Below are positions 40,646 to 54,600 of a DNA stretch of 64,000 bases, piece by piece. Below the pieces are notes generated by a model. That model saw nothing but the letters and a program-made list of their open reading frames with translations, ran no database searches and had not been told where the DNA came from. Every line of letters starts with the position of its first letter. Position 1 is the first letter of the stretch. Source of the stretch: Octopus sinensis (taxonomy: Eukaryota); NCBI RefSeq assembly GCF_006345805.1, contig NC_042998.1, positions 16,244,001 through 16,308,000 of the forward strand, written 5' to 3'. Position numbers and translations under genes: made by a program.

Positions 40646-41057
40646 TGTGTGTGTATATTTGCCTGTGTGTATCTATACGTATGGGTATTCTTGTGCTTTT
40701 CAATAGCCAGATTTTGATAACCAGTGTTCACTGGTTTACGGCCCCGTAAGTAGCTGTTCGGCAAAATGATGTCGATAGAATAAGTACTATGCACTAAAAT
40801 AATAAACTGGTGTCGATTTGGTTAATTAAAACCGGAGAAGAATGCATCAATGTGGTGCTCCAGCATGGCTACAGACTAATGACTATAACAAGAAAAAGTA
40901 ACGATAAAATAAACGACTGATTGGTTTCGAGTCACTCAGTAAGTGAATGTATGATTATTTTAAACAAGCATGTATTACGGTGGATTGTTAGACGGAAGCT
41001 GAAAGAAGCCCATCGTATATGTATCCGTATATGTTTATGCATGTATATATATGTATA

Positions 41058-41102
<45 letters not shown>

Positions 41103-41106
<4 letters not shown>

Positions 41107-41270
41107 GGTCCCGGGTTGAGTCGGGGTTAACCACAGTAAATAAGGTACTCAATACATAGCAGAGTAAATTAAATATATTATTTTATAGAGGAGCTTCTAC
41201 ATGAGCTTCCTGATGATTTCTTTTGAATGAAACAGTTCTAGTCCTGTAGAAGCTCATTCTATAAAATAAA
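41103..41270 (+). mobile_element. Short element between TA arrays carrying a decayed hammerhead motif
   Basis: CTGATGA 41210-16, short helix II TTC/GAA, GAAAC 41229-33; helix III ACAGTTCT is two changes from ACAGCTGT; distal stem GAGCTTCTACA/TGTAGAAGCTC. Confidence 0.5.
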
Positions 41271-41327
41271 TATATATATATAATATATATATATATACAC
41301 ACACATATTCATGCATTTGTGCCAGTC

Positions 41328-41538
41328 CATGTCTGTGTGTCTGTATTTGTCCCCCAGCTTAGCTTGACAACCGATGTTGGTGTATTAACATCTCCGTAAC
41401 TTTGCGGTTCGGCAAACGTGACCGGTAGAATAAGTACTTGGCTTACAAACAATAAGTACTTGGCTTCATTTGTTCGAATAAAGCAGTGCTCCAACATGGC
41501 CGCAGTCAAATGACTGAAACAAATGAAAGAATAAAAGA
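41328..41538 (+). mobile_element. SINE family A, 3' half
   Basis: TTGTCCCCC...GACAACCGATG...TAGAATAAGTACT...GTCAAATGACTGAAACAAATGAAAGA; a more diverged 3' half also lies at about 40680-40905. Confidence 0.8.
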
Positions 41539-41540
41539 AA

Positions 41541-41585
<45 letters not shown>

Positions 41586-42048
41586 ATATATAGACTTATA
41601 TACACACGCATACACACACATATACACACTTATATATATGCATATATATATATATATATACGTGTACACACTTTGTATGTATAATTTCCAAGTATATTTA
41701 AATTAGAATTTATATAATAATATAACGTTCTTATACACACGCGCTTTCATAACTACGCTGTTATGAAGTTTGTTTGGTATTTGGGGTTTTGATAGTTTAA
41801 TGTGGATATTATTAGTGAATATGTGCTATATAAATATAAGAGATCAAGAATCGTACACAACAAATTTTGAAAATAAAGTATAATATAGGTGTCGTTTATA
41901 TGAAGATCAAAAGGCTGCCATATTTTATAAACGGCAAGACACCATTTATATAGCCATTGTATGTATTTGACCTCAATGTTTTTATTCTCAGGAGCAATCT
42001 ACATATATACACTCACACACATAGCCACATATACATTACTCAGTAATG

Positions 42049-42086
<38 letters not shown>

Positions 42087-42639
42087 TTGTGGGTAATGTA
42101 TGTTTGTATATTTATTATGTGTATACATGCATACATGCATTCACAATTATATAAATATATACGCATATACACGTATATAGATATATATATTCTCGCGTGT
42201 AATATAATTTAGTAAATTGAGGATGAAAGAGTAGTACCAAACGAAGATGTTTGACCTCACATTTCTGATGGGTCCCCTTAAAACTTTGCATAAAATTGGA
42301 ATTTTGAAGCGTATATGTTGCCATTGCGTGAATTCACTCAATGTAGCTAGACAATTGCTGTATCAGACGCATGGAATAATGTTTGATTGTATTATGCACG
42401 AATTCCTGCATACTATTCGAAACAAAATAATAGGAAAAGCGGAGAGGAAAGCATTGAAGTCATTGTTGAGAAATCGGGTATTTAGATCGATTTTATCATC
42501 TAATGCGCCAACGCATTCCTAGTAGTTGGCTGCTAGCCACAGCAGATCACGTTCTGCTTCATAATTCTTATCTAGATATTAGCCTATGTAACGAAAAGAT
42601 ATACATACATAAATATATACGTACGTATATTCATTATTA

Positions 42640-42702
<63 letters not shown>

Positions 42703-42729
42703 GCATATACATTATATTATATTATTATA

Positions 42730-42780
<51 letters not shown>

Positions 42781-42781
42781 C

Positions 42782-42857
<76 letters not shown>

Positions 42858-43374
42858 CGAAATTATTAGTAATATTGAAATTATGAACAAGTGAAGAAAA
42901 AAACATACACAATTTATAAATCTCGACAATTAAACTAATATACAAAGCTTTTTGTATTTATAAAGTGATAAATCACTGAAAATATTTTAATATATTGATG
43001 CACTGGAGCCTAAGTTAAGTAGCCCAGGGGCGTGTTTTCTGAGTAAGTGAGTCCAACAAACACAATATATATGCATACATACGTAAATACATGCTTCAAT
43101 ACAAGCATCGATATGTAGATATGTATGAGCTTGTGTTTGTGTGCCCCACAGTAATATATATATGTGTGTGTGTGTGTTTTAATCTTTGCGATTTTCTGTA
43201 AGTTAATGAATGCATCTGTTTTATCTATCAGCAATATTATAGATATTCAACGCCGGAAATATATGTAAAAAAAAATAACATGCATTGTCATAATAGCAGA
43301 TTCATGGACTCCATTACAGGATGATATAGCTGTGTGTGTGCGTGTATGATTGTGTGTGTCTGTGTGTGAGTGTT

Positions 43375-43407
<33 letters not shown>

Positions 43408-44082
43408 GTATGTAAGTATATATGCATATATATATATGTACGTATAAGTATATATCTATTCATCTCTCTCTCTCTTTATGTATATATATATATAGAGAGA
43501 GAGAGAGAGATAGATAGATAGATATTTATACGTAGATATATATACACATAAATACATATCTATCAATATTTATTTCTATGTAACGAGGTATCTATAGATT
43601 TCGGTATATGTGTGTGTGCGTGAGTGAGTCTGTGTGTATGTATGTATATATTTGTATGTATATATGTATGTATGTATGTATGTATGCATGCATGCATTCA
43701 TGCATGCATGTATGTATGTATGTATGTGTGTATGTATGTATGCATGTATGTGTGTATGTATGTTGCTGACATGAACAGAGTCTGCTTGCATGAATATGAG
43801 TACGTTTGTTTACATGTGATGATACGCAAGCATTTATGATAATTTAATTTCGTCATTATCAAAAACTATCTATCAATAAGACAATCATTTCCTGAAATGC
43901 CTGTCTTAATGGAGAGATATATATAAATCAATATATGTATATACTGTCATGCATTTTACCCATATACTTTGTTATTACTTAACTATCGCCATGTACAAAG
44001 ATACATGACATACGTAAGCACAAGCGCACACACATAGATATAGACGCTCTCTCACTCTCTCACACATACAGATGTGTGTATG

Positions 44083-44113
<31 letters not shown>

Positions 44114-45126
44114 TCATAGAAACATACATGCATACATAATCCATGCATATATATTTATATCTGAGTGTGTGTTTAGGTGTGTGTGTAAAAATCTTCATGT
44201 TTTGGATCTTGCTTATTATCTAATAAAGTATTAGGCTAACTTATATCTTCCATTTCCAGATGGCCGTATATAGCCATATCTATGGAATCATGTTTATAAT
44301 AATGCACAGGATGAAATATTTATGATAAAGCTGTACAATTTATGGTACACATTTGTATTTTCTTGCAATTTGTTCTATTTCCTAGTCAAATCCCATCGAC
44401 TCCACTATGATATTCCATCTCTGTTTCAATCTACTACTAATCGAATGGTGAATCTGTTTTGTTGAAATACACATATCTCCTTATAAGCGACATTATATTA
44501 TATCATTATTAGTGATTGTAGTATACCTCAAACGTCATTTCTTTGTATTTCTGGGGTTTATCGAATCAATGGCACCATTTTTAGTCACTGTAAAAGCTTA
44601 TGTTCACAACAACGCGAATTAATCTAGCAACTACACCGTGGACGATGAAGATAAATCTTTTAGAATATACTCTAATACATTTAACACACTCAGAAACTTG
44701 ATATCTTAAAGTAGGCTCTTTCGAGTAATTTGTGAGGAGCGAGAGAAAGTGAAACAGAGAACGAGATGCGGTATTTATGTGCATCGGTGATTATTCTTCG
44801 AGCAAACATGATGAAGACTCGCAAATGATTCTACAATTACTCCCGTTTGTTTTATGAATCGTACATTGATCAAACTCCTGACAAACAATCTACACTAGGC
44901 AGTTACTCTTTAATAGAATTATTTTTCTTCTTTTTGTTTCATGTGTGCATATGCACAACATGAGTTGAAGTTATATCACAGGCATTCCAAATCGAATTTT
45001 CGCCTAAGATTTGCTCAGATGTGGACTACAAACGACGTATAGAAGAAATAACGTTGTAAATCGTTAAAAGCACACAAACATATGCACCCACGCATTTATA
45101 TTCACACCCAAGTACACACATAAGCA

Positions 45127-45172
<46 letters not shown>

Positions 45173-45174
<2 letters not shown>

Positions 45175-45340
45175 ATCGTTAGCCTTTAAACACCTTTTTT
45201 TTCTTTCCTTGTATTCTGTGTCCCTTTCTGTACAAGAGCGTAGGCTCGAAGCGTAAAAGACTTTCTTTTCCTGAGCGTTATACTAATACATCTGTTTGTT
45301 TTGTACACCACCTGTCTTCGTCTTTTGTTTTTTTCGTATA
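45173..45340 (+). mobile_element. Short PLE-terminal-repeat-like element with decayed hammerhead-like motif (copy 2)
   Basis: Homologous to 11605-11781; lies about 65 bp upstream of a PLE RT relic in the same orientation; preceded by (TA)n. Confidence 0.65.
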
Positions 45341-45403
45341 TATATATAAACGTAAGAGTTTGTTTGTGGTTACATACAATACATACATACATATATTTAC
45401 TTC

Positions 45404-46190
45404 CTTCCCGAGATGCACAGGTCCAACTGCTCCATCGCTTCCATCTACGACTGCCCACCGAACTTATCTCCAAGTATCTTCACAAAATTGCCGCCCCTTT
45501 GGTGGCTTCCCTCCCCTCTCACATGCACGACACCAACAATGGTCTCCGTTTATTTACCTCTTTCTCCTTCCTTCCTGCTCGCTCTTGACTCTTGTTCATT
45601 CTTGATATTAAATCTTTATACATGGTGAATCCAGGTAATGGAAGTCTTTTTGTTCTCAAACACATTCTGGAACTTCGTCCAGACCCTCAGTCCGACACTT
45701 TTAATTTTCTTCGTTTGGCTAAGTCCATATTCTCCATCAACTGCCTCTCGTTCCCGGGAAAATTTTATAATCAGATCTTTTTCGTTGCCATGGTAGCGAT
45801 AATGCTTCCCAACAATGCGAACCTGCTCGTTGGATATGTTGATGACCGAATATTGTCACGGTTTCGTGGTCTACTCCTGAGGTATTTGGTCGTTATATCG
45901 ACAATTGTATCAACACGACCTCCCTCTCCCGTGGACATCTTGACTCCTTTCTCTCCTTCGTTCTTCCATCATGACATCGATTTTTCTTGCATTGTCTATA
46001 AATCTCTTGTTAAGTTTCATGACATTTGTATTAGTATTCATCACTCCTCTCTTACCATCTCCATCCACTTCAGACACAGAGACCTGCACCCCTTTCTCAA
46101 CTTCTTTTCCTCCCAACCTACCCAAGCCGAACTCTCTGTCCTCTGCTCCCTTTACTCCGTCTACGTCGGCTCTGCAGTGACGACTAAGAT
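45404..46190 (+). mobile_element. Penelope-like element reverse transcriptase relic
   Basis: LPEMHRSNCS.../PTELISKYLHKIAAPLVASLPSHMHDTN/LFILDIKSLY...AMVAIMLPNNANLLVGYVDD...LHPFLNFFSSQP correspond to PLE RT motifs LPKIHK, MDIxSLY, AMGxxxxPxxANLF and YLxFxSxHP; frameshifted. Confidence 0.85.
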
Positions 46191-46494
46191 TTTGAAATCC
46201 AGTTTCTATGTTTGTATGCATATATGTATATATGAATGTATGCATATTCATATTTACTATAACACGTGCATCCGAACTGCTACAATCTCTCAATACCAGC
46301 ATTCACCTTGAAGCGAACTCGAAATCTGTAAAATCATAAGCATATTATACCACGTGAAGAAACTCTTTTGTACTCTGCATTCCATCTCGTGTTATTACAT
46401 CGTTCCCGCCTACTAGGGAGCAGTGTAACATGAAGCCGAAACGAGTGTTATGACTTTCATATATATATATATAATATATATATATATAATATAT

Positions 46495-46542
<48 letters not shown>

Positions 46543-46824
46543 TGGTGATCTAAACGAATAGTACGCTGGGTAACTGGTGTGTAACGGATTATCGGGTTTC
46601 CAAGCTCGTAACTGAGACCTTAGCTATGGATTTGTATTAGGTTTCCTATTTAGCAAATATAAGATTAAATAATGTATATGACTTGGGATGATTGCTATGA
46701 TTCGGCGATTGATTCCTCTTTCAAACACACACATGTACACACACACACGTACACACACACACGTACACACACACACACTCACAGGGAGAGAGAGGCAGGC
46801 AGATAGCCAGACAGATAGACAGAC

Positions 46825-46867
<43 letters not shown>

Positions 46868-47049
46868 TACCTGCACACATACACAAACACACATATATAT
46901 ATTCACATGGATACATATATCCATGCATACATATATGTATGCATATATAATAGCTACTGACTCAAAGCCGAAGAACAGCATCTCTGGCTAATATCATACT
47001 ATACTTTCGTTAACAACCCGTGAAATCTCAGAATCTGTGATACATCATT

Positions 47050-47640
47050 TCACTGCACTTAGAAACCATTCCATCTTTGCACATCATTGCATCGATCTAT
47101 GTTCCTTGATACGACGCTTGGCGCTTCCAAGCCACTGATGGAATTAAAACACTTCTACACTTACGTCATGCTGTGCAATATTCTTTTAATTTTAGTTTGA
47201 TCTGACGAATCCATTTCAGATACCCGCAATGGAAATAAATAAGCGACCAAGTTAGCCATCTCTTTCGACAAGACAATCACCCATTTCTTTGAACACGCTT
47301 TCAATATCTGTGGCTAATTCAGGAGTTTCGAAAATATCTGCTGTATCCTTTAACGGGTATCGATCAAAACAATTTTTCACAAGTTGTTTAACATATTTCA
47401 AGAGTTCATATTCAATGACAAAATTTACAGACATAAAATGCTGCCTTTATTTGTTTGAAGGTCTACTCGTTCGTATCATTCTATGGATATTATTATCTTT
47501 CATGCGCACACAGTATCAAGTCCAATTTTATCGGTGCTTGTGTTCCAGTAATTGATTGCTCAAGGTCACGACTGCCCGAAATATCTCCGTGGTTGAAGTC
47601 CAGTACGACCAGTTGAAACTTTGAAAACAATTTGAGATCC
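47050..47640 (-). pseudogene. Decayed ORF of unknown origin (probably a transposon relic)
   Basis: About 190 codons in one frame with scattered stops and protein-like composition, including the 47252-47434 ORF; family not recognised. Confidence 0.3.
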
Positions 47641-47884
47641 TCTGATACTGAAAGTACTTACCTTGATACTTATATAGGATGCATTATTTTTATGCGAACA
47701 TTAAAGTGAGATAATGCACGGGTATGTAACACAGCAACGTTTGTCAACTTAAGAATCCTATGTGAGGCATCACACTTGTGAGTTGCAGTCTGAAGTCTAA
47801 AAGATATTTCGTCTCCGAATTTAGCGAAAATTGTGGCATGGTGTGGCCAAATATTTCAGGCATCTCGAGTTATATAATAATACT

Positions 47885-48056
47885 TTCTACTATAGGCGCA
47901 AGGCCTGAGATATTTTTTGTTGGGGTGGGGATGGGGGCAGTTGGTTCAGTAGATCCCAGTGCATAGACCCAGTGCATAGACCCAGTGCATAAGGGCGGGC
48001 GAAATGCCGCTAAGCATTTTGCCCGTCGTGTTAACGATCCTGCCAGCTCGCCGCCT
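47885..48056 (-). mobile_element. SINE family D head with alternative tail and internal deletion
   Basis: Plus strand GCTAAGCATTTTGCCCGTCGTGTTAACGATCCTGCCAGCTCGCCGCCT is the family D head; includes a 14-bp unit AGACCCAGTGCATA about three times. Confidence 0.65.
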
Positions 48057-48246
48057 TTAATTTATGTAATAATGTTAGAGGTATTGATGACTTTTCTCCT
48101 ATCTTTATATCCAAACATTTTAATAATTGTATTAATAATTGTAATTCAAGTCTCTTCCTTTACCATTGAATGTATAGCTAAGGTGTAAGCTGAAGTTGCA
48201 GTTAATTTTAACAGAATGAATATATTTAACTCTACATATGGAGGAG

Positions 48247-48356
48247 AATCTGGACATCGGTAATCATTATGCTAACTTCCATAATCTTTACTGATAGACG
48301 AAATCTGGACATCGGTAATTATTATGCTAACTTCCATAATCTTTATTGATAGACGA
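48247..48356. repeat. 55-bp tandem duplication (2 copies)
   Basis: AATCTGGACATCGGTAAT...GATAGACGA at 48247 and 48302, two mismatches. Confidence 0.95.
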
Positions 48357-49559
48357 AAAACACACGCGCGCGCACATACATACGTCTGTATGTTGTGTGT
48401 GTGTGTGTGTGTGTGTGTATACATATATACTAAGGTTCCAACGCTGATCATTGAGGCAATCTTCGGCAAATTGTTGTAATGGAATGATAGTTTCTGTAAA
48501 GGAATTGCAACATTTATTGCATCAGATACCGCTAGCCTGCCACATACGATATTTTCCCGCCATGTGTTATGTATCTAACTGAGTAATAACTGCAGCTGAA
48601 ATTTTATTCACTTGTAATGATCACATATTAAATTCCACTCATTTACTGACAAACTATACAAATGTAATATATTGCGCGCAATATAGCTTGAAGCTCAATA
48701 TAATCCGGAATAGCGTAGTTCTTTATTCTTGTTTTGGGTTCTTGGCGCGCTAGATGAATGTCAGTCATTTGCAGTAGGCTGAACAGATACTAAAAGAGAG
48801 GTAGGCTTCGGTTCAACTTTAGGAGAAAAAAAAAAAAAACAATCCTCCTGCTGCCAAATTTCCTCGCTGTGTTGGGTAAGAAGGAAGAGAATTTACGACT
48901 GACGTAAGCAGACTGTGCAATTCGTTAAAGGAGTATTTCCTATTCTTCAAATATTCTCATGTCAGGATCTTCAATTCTACAACGTCTACAATAGCTTTAC
49001 TATAACTTATGTAGAATACGGCTTGTACAACACACGAGAAACGTTACCCAGCCTATGAATATGATCCAAAGAAGATCAGAGCTAGATAGAAAGCGCACAC
49101 ACTTGCTATTGTTGTACCTTCCTGGTATTCAACTCCAGCACAAGATCCTTAAATTGTCCTGGGTCATTCCATGTACAAAGGTTTTTTATGCCAGAATAAT
49201 ATTGTCATAAAAATATGAGTTTTAAAAAAAGACAGAAAATGTCTTATATCATATTATCAAAGCATTGTTTTTTTCTTTCTTCAGAAGCTAAATATTCAGT
49301 GTCACGTTGTGAAGAATTTGATGCCAAGTGTGATCAGTAAAGAAAAACCCAGACTAATATTCACAAGATAGTGGATTACCACTTATCTGTCTCTTTCTCT
49401 CCACCCTCTCTCTCTCCCTCTCATTCTCTGTCTTTCTGTCCCCCACGTTATCTTTATGTATAAACGTATGTATGTATGTGGGCGTAAGTATCTACGTACG
49501 TGTATATGTATGTATGCATGTATGCATGTGCGTACGTATGTATGTATATATATATATAT

Positions 49560-49623
<64 letters not shown>

Positions 49624-50752
49624 GTATGTATATATGTCTCTATGTATGTATATTATTTTACACAAACTTCCACGCGCACACAAACTCAGGAACAAATAGA
49701 CAAAAATAATACGACAAAGGATACAAATTCTGCTGAGGTTTGTATTGATAAATAATTAATACAATATTATTTATTTTTATTAAGAAAAAGAATGATGTTG
49801 GTATAAACAAGAAAGAAATGATGCTTAGACCAATACAAATGGAATATTATGTGAGCTGTTGTTGGACTAAATATGAAAAGTCACCGTCATGAATTTCTTC
49901 ATATTAGTTGGTCATGGTGTGTCGCTGCTGTCGCCATCAGTGTTTTTGGACTGTGACACCGCTCATATCAGTTACTGGTTCACTGCTACTATCTGCTGAC
50001 TGCATACTTTTGGCTAGATTATGTTTGATGTATATCGATGTTATTCGTCACACGCTGCAGAAATGAAATTACTATTACATCCGGTTCCAATCTGAATGGT
50101 CTGGTTTTTAGATGATGTCGGTAATATTTCAGCGAATCGTGATCGTGATGCATAGTTGTTTTGCTTTCATTTCTTTTTTTTTCCTGCTTTTTATTTTTTC
50201 TAATTTGCCTCGGATATAGTGATCCGAGTTCCATTTCTAAGTTTTCAAATTACTAAAGATTCCTGCAACTTATGCAGGTGAGTATATGTATTTGAGTGGG
50301 AGAGATCTATGAGGCTCCTAATTTTAATTATTGCATTACATTCTTGTAGAATTATCTTCGAAATATGTTCGCAGAAAACCAATTTCAACAGCTCTTTGTT
50401 CATATATAATGCATCATAGAAGATGCAGAACTTATGCGCAGATGCTTATAAGTTAGTAATGCAATATTACATACCATGAATTCAGCAGGATTAGATAAAT
50501 AATATGTTATGGGTTTCTCTGGGAATATTTTACAAATACGCACATGCATTTACACACACACACATACACACACACATTCACACACATACAATGTTTTATA
50601 TATAGTATATATAAATATATATAATACAGCAGTAGATCATTAGTATATATTTATGTATAATATGTTCTGAAAATTGTAAAAAGCACGATGTCAGAGATAT
50701 TTCTATACGAGTCACGTTATTGTAAAAACAATGCACGTTCTTGTTAAACATA

Positions 50753-51116
50753 TCTCTCTATATATAAACGGCAAAATGTCTGCGTGTGTGTCCTTTATAC
50801 AAATCCACAATTTTTCAGTTAGAGGGCTCGCACTTTCTATGGTCATTCAAAACCATCCAAGGTTGGTCGTACACATCTTTGCATTTCCCCAGTCACCCCG
50901 CAAAGCCATTAAAAAAATCAATAGCAGTGACCTTTTTGTGAATTTTCTATCCAAAACTCAATCAAAATGCCCGGAACTTGATACGCCTTTGAATGTCATC
51001 TAGCTGTATGTGATTGGTCAGAGATTTGGACAGTACTCGCGTGTATGTGTGCACGCACGCAGCTGTATATGCAAGCACTAGCACTATGACCCGCCGTTGC
51101 CGGGTCATAGTGCTAG
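50753..51116 (+). mobile_element. Non-autonomous Helitron-like element (364 bp)
   Basis: A|TCTCTCTATATATAAACGGC start, CTAG|T end at 51113-17, terminal GC-rich hairpin 51077-51117. Confidence 0.8.
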
Positions 51117-52012
51117 TTTCAGTTAAATGAACATGAAACAGAAAATATTTAAGGATTTTGATAAACGCGGCCATCCACTTCGGAGCAATTTAGGCGTTTC
51201 CTGAATATTTTAAGTGACGCAATCAAGTGCTACTTACATCGATGTTTAACGGCGTAACTAGCGTTATTATATAAAAATAAATATCATTCTGTTTTTCTAT
51301 TTTTCTGTTTAACAATTTACTGCATCTTGTGAAATGAAATTAATTTCGTAATTTTAAGGAAATAGAAATCATAGTTCCATGTAAGTGTTGATTGTGTTGC
51401 TCGCACTCATATTTCTATAAATTTATATCTATTTAACATTTATTCAAGGTAATAATATTTTTCATAAATTTCTATAGAGATAATTTATTATGTTTTTTTT
51501 TCAAACTGTGACACATTTTCCGCGTTTGCTGATTGCTCTGAATTACATGCTTCAATTTTCAATCATTCACTTGATGCTGAAAGATATACTGAAACAAGGT
51601 TTTCGTCGTAGTATTTTTTTTTTGTTAGTCTTTGTAAGGAAAATCAGATCATACATTAAATGTCATTTATATGATTCTATGCTCTATGTCCACAAGTTAT
51701 TAGGAACGTGATGAATTTGGGCAGATGAGTGCACATATCTACTGAAATTCGTGTACAAACACACGCTCCCATATGTGTCTGTGTGTGTTTGTGTGTGTGC
51801 ATAGTTACGACCACGCACACATATAATTATATACAAGCGTGTATAGAGCTGATGTTAATTTTAATTGTAAATATATTATAGCTGTATCGAAAAAGAAAAA
51901 AAAAAATCAGAGCTTACACATTCAGATCCATGAATGCAAGTTATAATTAAATATTTCGCTTCAAATTGAGTTACATTTATTTTTCGAGATATGGCATTAA
52001 TATGTATATATG

Positions 52013-52080
52013 CGTGTGTGCACGTGTGTGCGTGTGTGTGCGTGTGTGTGCGTGTGTGTGCGTGTGTGTGCGTGTGTGTG
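52013..52080. repeat. 10-bp minisatellite (CGTGTGTGTG)n, about 7 copies
   Basis: Direct reading. Confidence 0.9.
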
Positions 52081-52269
52081 CCAGTCAGATTGAATTTTCG
52101 TGCCAAGAATTCTATAGTTGCGCGCACGTTCTTTTACGAGCGATATGATATGGATATGTATAAGAAGGTTCATCCGCTCCTGATTATAATATATGAATAA
52201 TAGTAAACCTGTGATATTCAATTTCAACTTACAATGCAATTATATATATATATATACCATACTTATATA

Positions 52270-52310
<41 letters not shown>

Positions 52311-52312
<2 letters not shown>

Positions 52313-52695
52313 ATTTTTTCAAATATTCCCATCATACTGTTGTACTTTCTTATGTCCTTAACATGTCCCTGTTACCAAAGACTGTATATATACATGTAAT
52401 GTGGCAATTTGCAACAACCAATAATTAACGCAACCAAACTTCCAATAATATATTTGTTTTATTCTTTTCTGCCCATTTTTTCAAATATTCTCATCATACT
52501 GTTGTACTTTTTTATGTCCTTAACATGTCCCTGTTACCAAAGACTGTATATATACATATAATGTGGCAATTTGCAACAACCAATAATTAACGCAACCAAA
52601 CTTCCATATGTTACTTTTGACAATCTTTTTCCAAAGAGTGAAACCGGTTAAGTAAATAAACATCTTTTAAATTGCATTTTCCAAACCTTCTTTCG
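52311..52695 (+). mobile_element. TA-flanked element with 134-bp internal duplication and variant hammerhead motif
   Basis: 52311-52444 repeated at 52473-52606 (period 162); HHR-like TTACTT-TTGACAA-TCTTT/AAAGA-GT-GAAAC-CG-GT-T-AAGTAA at 52611-52655; (TA)n on both sides. Confidence 0.6.
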
Positions 52696-52718
52696 TATAT
52701 ATATATATATATTATATA

Positions 52719-52773
<55 letters not shown>

Positions 52774-52916
52774 AATATATATAATATATGTATATAAATA
52801 TATATATTTATACATATCTATGTACATGTCTGTATATACATATATCTGTAACTCTCACTCTCTCTCTATCTGTCTATATATATATATATATATATATGTT
52901 TATGCATATAAATAGT

Positions 52917-53270
52917 GGAGGCGCAATGGCCCAGTGGTTAGGGCAGCGGACTCGCGGTCGTAGGGTCGCGGTTTCGATTCCCAGACCGGGCGTTGTGAGT
53001 GTTTGTTGAGCGAAAACAGCTAAAGCTCCACGAGGTTCCGGCAGGAATGTTGGTGATCCCTGCTGTACTCTTTCACCACAACTTTCTCTCACTCTTACTT
53101 CCTGTTTCTGTTGTACTCTCTGTGTCACGCTGATTATCCCCGAGAACTGCGTTAAGGGTACGCGTGTCTGTGGAGTTCTCAGCCACTTACACGTTAATTT
53201 CACGAGCAGGCTGTTCCGTTGATTCGGATCAACCGGAACCCTCGTCGTCGTAACCGACGGAGTGCTTCCA
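52917..53270 (+). mobile_element. tRNA-derived SINE family C, full length
   Basis: A box TGGCCCAGTGGTTAG, B box GGTTTCGATTCC; head and middle shared with 30945-31222. Confidence 0.85.
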
Positions 53271-53801
53271 TGTATATAAATAGATATGTTTGTACATATT
53301 CATATATATATATATATATACGCGTGTATATACACACGCATATATGCATATAAATAAATATGTATATACATATTCATATATACATATATATATATATATA
53401 TATTCATATATTTATATTGAGAGATAGGGAGAGAGTGAATGAGAAAGATGGTGACGTTTTTACTCTTACTGTGATTGAGCTTTTCTCCTTCTTATTTTGA
53501 ATATATCTTTCATGAGTGACATATCACAAGAGATACCATCATAAGATTGTTATTATTACTAATAGAAAGAAGTAGATTTTAGGACTTGCCGAAAGGACAC
53601 TTGGAATTGAAATACATAGAAACTTATGTCAGATTTTATCCAATATCTTTTACTTTCACTTTTCATTATGAATTATTGCATACGCTACGAAGCATAATGC
53701 GTGCTATTACATGGCAGTTAGAAAAGATGGCAGTATACGAAATTTTACAATCTGAACTCTAAAATGTTACTGCATTTTTCTCACCAAATAACATAAATCT
53801 T

Positions 53802-53888
<87 letters not shown>

Positions 53889-54359
53889 GGGGTGTTTGTG
53901 GTGTGTCTGTGTGTCCTGTCTTTGTTCCCAACTTTGAACCTCCATAAAGCCCAAATTTTATTCTGGTAGTTTTGTGAGCAACTGACTTGGAAGACCCATG
54001 TTGTCTTGAAATGCTCAAAATGAAGAGTAGATAGACAGCCGACAACTGATGAATTGTGGTTCTTTATGTTACTTGTCATGTCTTCCATTTGTTCCTCTCG
54101 TTGTTTGTGCATTGAACCCATTCTTTTTCGTATTTCATGTTGTTTACTGTTGGTGACGTCATGTACCCATATATGCATATGTATATATGTATTGGAATAA
54201 TTACTATGACGCTTTGTGTAGAATATAGTGTATAAAAGATCGTGGGCAAGGCCAAAACATTGCTGAGTACATGCTTGTTAAATCACAAGAAAACAAATAT
54301 GTAAACTAATGTAGACTTACCTTATATTCAACAGTTCGGGTTATGACCCCATTCTCAAG

Positions 54360-54600
54360 AAATTGACGAATTGTGTCAGAGGGCCTATGTCGTATATGAG
54401 ATAATCTGTGGCAAAGGTTGCGCATCACATATCGTAATCCGAAGAAAGCTGCATGTTTGCATTAAGGAACACATGCAACCAGACACCTCCGTGAAGAAAC
54501 ATTCACGAAAATGCCAGAACTTGGAATTCACAGCACACATCAAGGCAATACATCGGAACAGGGGCAACCTTAGAATCTTTGAGGCATCAACAATGCAAGG
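54360..54600 (+). mobile_element. Penelope-like GIY-YIG endonuclease relic
   Basis: CQRAYVVYEIICGKGCASHIVIRRKLHVCIKEH...NLRIFEA matches the PLE pattern VVYxIxC..C...YIGxTxRxLxxRIKEH...LxIxEA. Confidence 0.7.

Noticed and set aside
42247-42522. ORF containing HEFLH (HExxH, metalloprotease-like)
   Set aside because: It lacks the astacin/metzincin extension (HExxHxxGxxH) and convincing splice sites; likely chance.
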